Source of the DNA: Sminthopsis crassicaudata
Lineage: Eukaryota
Direction: 5' to 3'
DNA length: 64,000 nt
Assembly (NCBI RefSeq): GCF_048593235.1
Contig: NC_133622.1
Location: forward strand, 249,740,055 to 249,804,054
The notes beneath the pieces are model-generated. The model saw only the letters and a program-made list of their open reading frames with translations, searched no databases and was not told the origin of the DNA. Below are positions 61,451-64,000 of the stretch, in pieces. The number at the start of each line of letters is the position of its first letter. The stretch's first letter is position 1. The position numbers were made by a program, and so were the translations under genes.

Positions 61451-63754
61451 AGGTCTCCGCTTAGAGGAGAGGCTGGGAGCGGGGCTGCCCCAGGAGGCAG
61501 AGGGGCCAGTTACAAACTGATTTAGCTGTAATAAATGATTTAAACTATCTGCCCCCCCAGCCCCCGGGCTCTTGGGCAGAGAGGCCCCGCTCTGGAGGGG
61601 GCAGTAGCCTGCTGCAGGAATGGGGGTACTGGGGGGGCTCTGGTAGCAGAACAACTCTGGATTGCTGTTCTCCAAGAGGCCGAGCGGGCTCTCACACAAA
61701 CCACAAAGACACAGAAGTGACCCATTTTCCTCGTTGCAATGGACATGTTGTATATATTGGAAAACAGAACCGAGGAGCAGAGTCAGGAGCTGGGGGGTGG
61801 CCACTTCGGGAGTTCTGGGGGTCTCCAGGAAGGGGCTGGGGGCTCTGAGCCATCCTCCCGGTTCAGAGAGAGGCAAAATGGGGGGGGGAGGAGGGGAGCT
61901 AAGCTTGGGACCCTGGGAGGAGCTGCCAGGGAAGAAGAGGCTGGCTTTTAAGGTGGCCTTCTGGGAGCCTGGCTGAGCACGAGTGATTGGGGGTCCCAAG
62001 ACCGGGCACTTACTGAGACCCCCGTCCAATCCCTTCCCTTGTCTAGACCTCAGTAAAGATGCTGCTGGGCCAGGAGAGCTCTAGGCTCTCATCCAGCCCC
62101 CCCAGTTTAGGAGAGGTAGGGCCTGGCTTGGAGAAGCCGGCACAGCAGGTAAGCGGGACTCCAGTGCATGGTGCAGGGGGCGGGGCACTTTGTTGACCTG
62201 GTAATCCCCTCCTTCCCGTTCTGCAGGAGGTGGCCAATGACCTGTCCATGGGTGCTGACCCCAGAGACCTCACCAACGTCTCTCGAACAGCCTGGAACTT
62301 GGGCAGTGCCTTCTTCTTCGCTGGCACCATCATCACCACCATCGGTGTGCAGGCAGGGGTGCTGAGGGGCCGGTCACGGGCAGAGCTAAGGTCAGGCCAT
62401 GGGAGGAGAGGCAGGGTGGGGCACTCACAGAAGGCACTTGAGCTTAGGTTCTTCAGGGGCTCTTGCTTCCTAATAAGCATCGAGCACCCCTCAACTTTTT
62501 CTAAGCGCCCCCCAATTTTTCTGAGCACCCCCAACTTTTTTCATGCACTGGCTCATCACCTCAGTGATCAGTTAAACTGGAAATGAAATGAGAGGAAGTC
62601 CCAACTTCTGGTGCGGACCAAAACCCCGGGGGCTGTTGCCCACTTTCCTGGCCTACTCTTCCCTCTCCTCAGGCTCAATCTCAGCTGACGGGGCTTTGTG
62701 GGGGGTTAAAGGACAAAGGTCTGTGTCAGGGTTGTGACTGAGGAGGTGACTCCCAGGCCCCGGAGCCTGCCCTGATCCTCCGGGTCCTCCAGGCTATGGG
62801 AACATGGTCCTGCTCACAGACGAGGCTCGCATCTTCTGCATCTTTTATGCGCTGGTGGGGATCCCGCTGTTCGGGATGCTGTTGGCGGGGGTCGGCGACA
62901 AGCTGGGCTCTTCCTTGCGCCGGGGCATTGGCCACGTGGAAGCCATCTTCTTGGTGAGCGTCCCTGCGATCGGCGCGTCCAGTCCCCACACGGTCCCTTC
63001 CGCATCCCCACCCCAGGACGTGTGGAGCTAGAGTCCGAGACACCTAATGCGATCCGCCGCCCCCGCCGGGGAATCCTCAGCCCCTTTTGAGTGGCAAGTT
63101 CCTCACGTCTAAGGTTCTCTGATCCTGAGTAATGGTCGGGCTGCCTTCCTGGGCCTCAGTTTCCCCCTCGGTAAAAAGGGAGGGCTGCACTAGGGGCTGC
63201 CTGAGCGAACAGCCTGACCGCGCTCTCTCCGTACCGCCCCCCTCCCTCAGAAGTGGAAGGTCCAGCCGGCTCTGGTCCGCTCGCTGTCGGCCATGCTCTT
63301 CCTCTTGGTTGGCTGCCTCCTCTTCGTCTTGGCGCCCATGTTCGCGTTCCGCTACATCGAGGGCTGGAGCTCGCTGGAAGCGCTCTACTTCATCATCGTG
63401 ACGCTCACCACCGTGGGCTTCGGGGACTACGTGGCCGGTGGGTGAGAGGCCCAGCCAGGGAGGGAGGGAGCCGGCCGTTCGGCCCGGAGCCGCGGCCAGG
63501 CGGTGGAGGGCAGGGGCACGGAAGCTGGAGCAGGTTCGCGCCTTGGGGGCTCGGGGCAGGGGAGGACAGCCGCAGCTCCGGGCCGCACCCAACCGCAACT
63601 CCGCCGGCTGCCCCCAGGCACGAAGCCCGAGCAGTTCCCGGCCTACCAGCCCATGGTCTGGTTCTGGATTCTGATGGGCCTCGCCTACTTCGCCTCCATC
63701 CTCACCATGATCGGGAACTGGCTCCGGGTCGTGTCGGCGCGCACTCGGGCGGAG
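60932..63754 (+). CDS. KCNK4: Potassium channel subfamily K member 4 (TRAAK, K2P4.1), 3'-partial (last exon outside the window)
   Basis: Exons 60932-61120 ([24 protein letters not shown]...HPCV), 62227-62344 ([17 protein letters not shown]), 62793-62953 (GYGN...), 63251-63437 (...[11 protein letters not shown]) and 63618-63754 ([39 protein letters not shown]). Both pore signatures (TIGYG, TVGFG) are intact and all introns are GT-AG. Confidence 0.96.
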
Positions 63755-64000
63755 GTAGGGAGGCTCCTCTCCCCGACGGGGCGGCCGGGGAAGCTCTTTC
63801 CACTTCCCGCCTCGCTCCCCCCTCCCCCCAAGCTCCGTAGTACGCGGAGCGGTCGCCTGGGGGCCCCGGGGCGCCAGGGATTCCTAGGAGGTGCCAACCC
63901 GGCTGTCCAGGAACTTGCTAAAAACGGCAGCGGCTCCCACGCTCGCCCCTCCTCCCCCCTCTCCTTCCACTGGAGCTTGCTTTCAGATCGTTTCTCCCTC

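Overview
Eukaryotic, GC-rich mammalian DNA, very probably marsupial. The WSINE1/Mar1-type SINE heads and the L1 sequence look dasyurid-like, but the species cannot be fixed from sequence. The window is syntenic with human 11q13.1 and holds five spliced protein-coding genes, traced exon by exon: PPP1R14B (-, 4 exons, 143 aa), PLCB3 (+, 32 coding exons, 1220 aa), BAD (-, 3 coding exons, 170 aa), GPR137 (+, 7 exons, 397 aa) and KCNK4/TRAAK (+, 5 coding exons; last exon beyond the window). Between the convergent 3' ends of PLCB3 and BAD lies a 5145-bp class I (gamma-like, ERV3/HERV-I-type env) endogenous retrovirus. It has two 438-bp LTRs differing at one base, a 4-bp TSD and a tRNA-Pro PBS, but a deleted gag-pol, a catalytically dead integrase and a stop-riddled env. 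This suggests a recently mobilised non-autonomous element. Other points of note: an 80-bp intron in the PLCB3 X-Y linker that I recall human lacks, a U12-type PLCB3 intron with a competing in-frame acceptor, a housekeeping-type antisense promoter in the BAD 3' region, an orphan CpG island that may be the BAD promoter, a divergent CTCF motif pair, and an out-of-frame upstream ATG over the KCNK4 start. There is no CRISPR array, rRNA or tRNA gene. Most long ORFs in the supplied track are GC-content or N-gap artefacts. Comparisons with human come from recall and need database confirmation.
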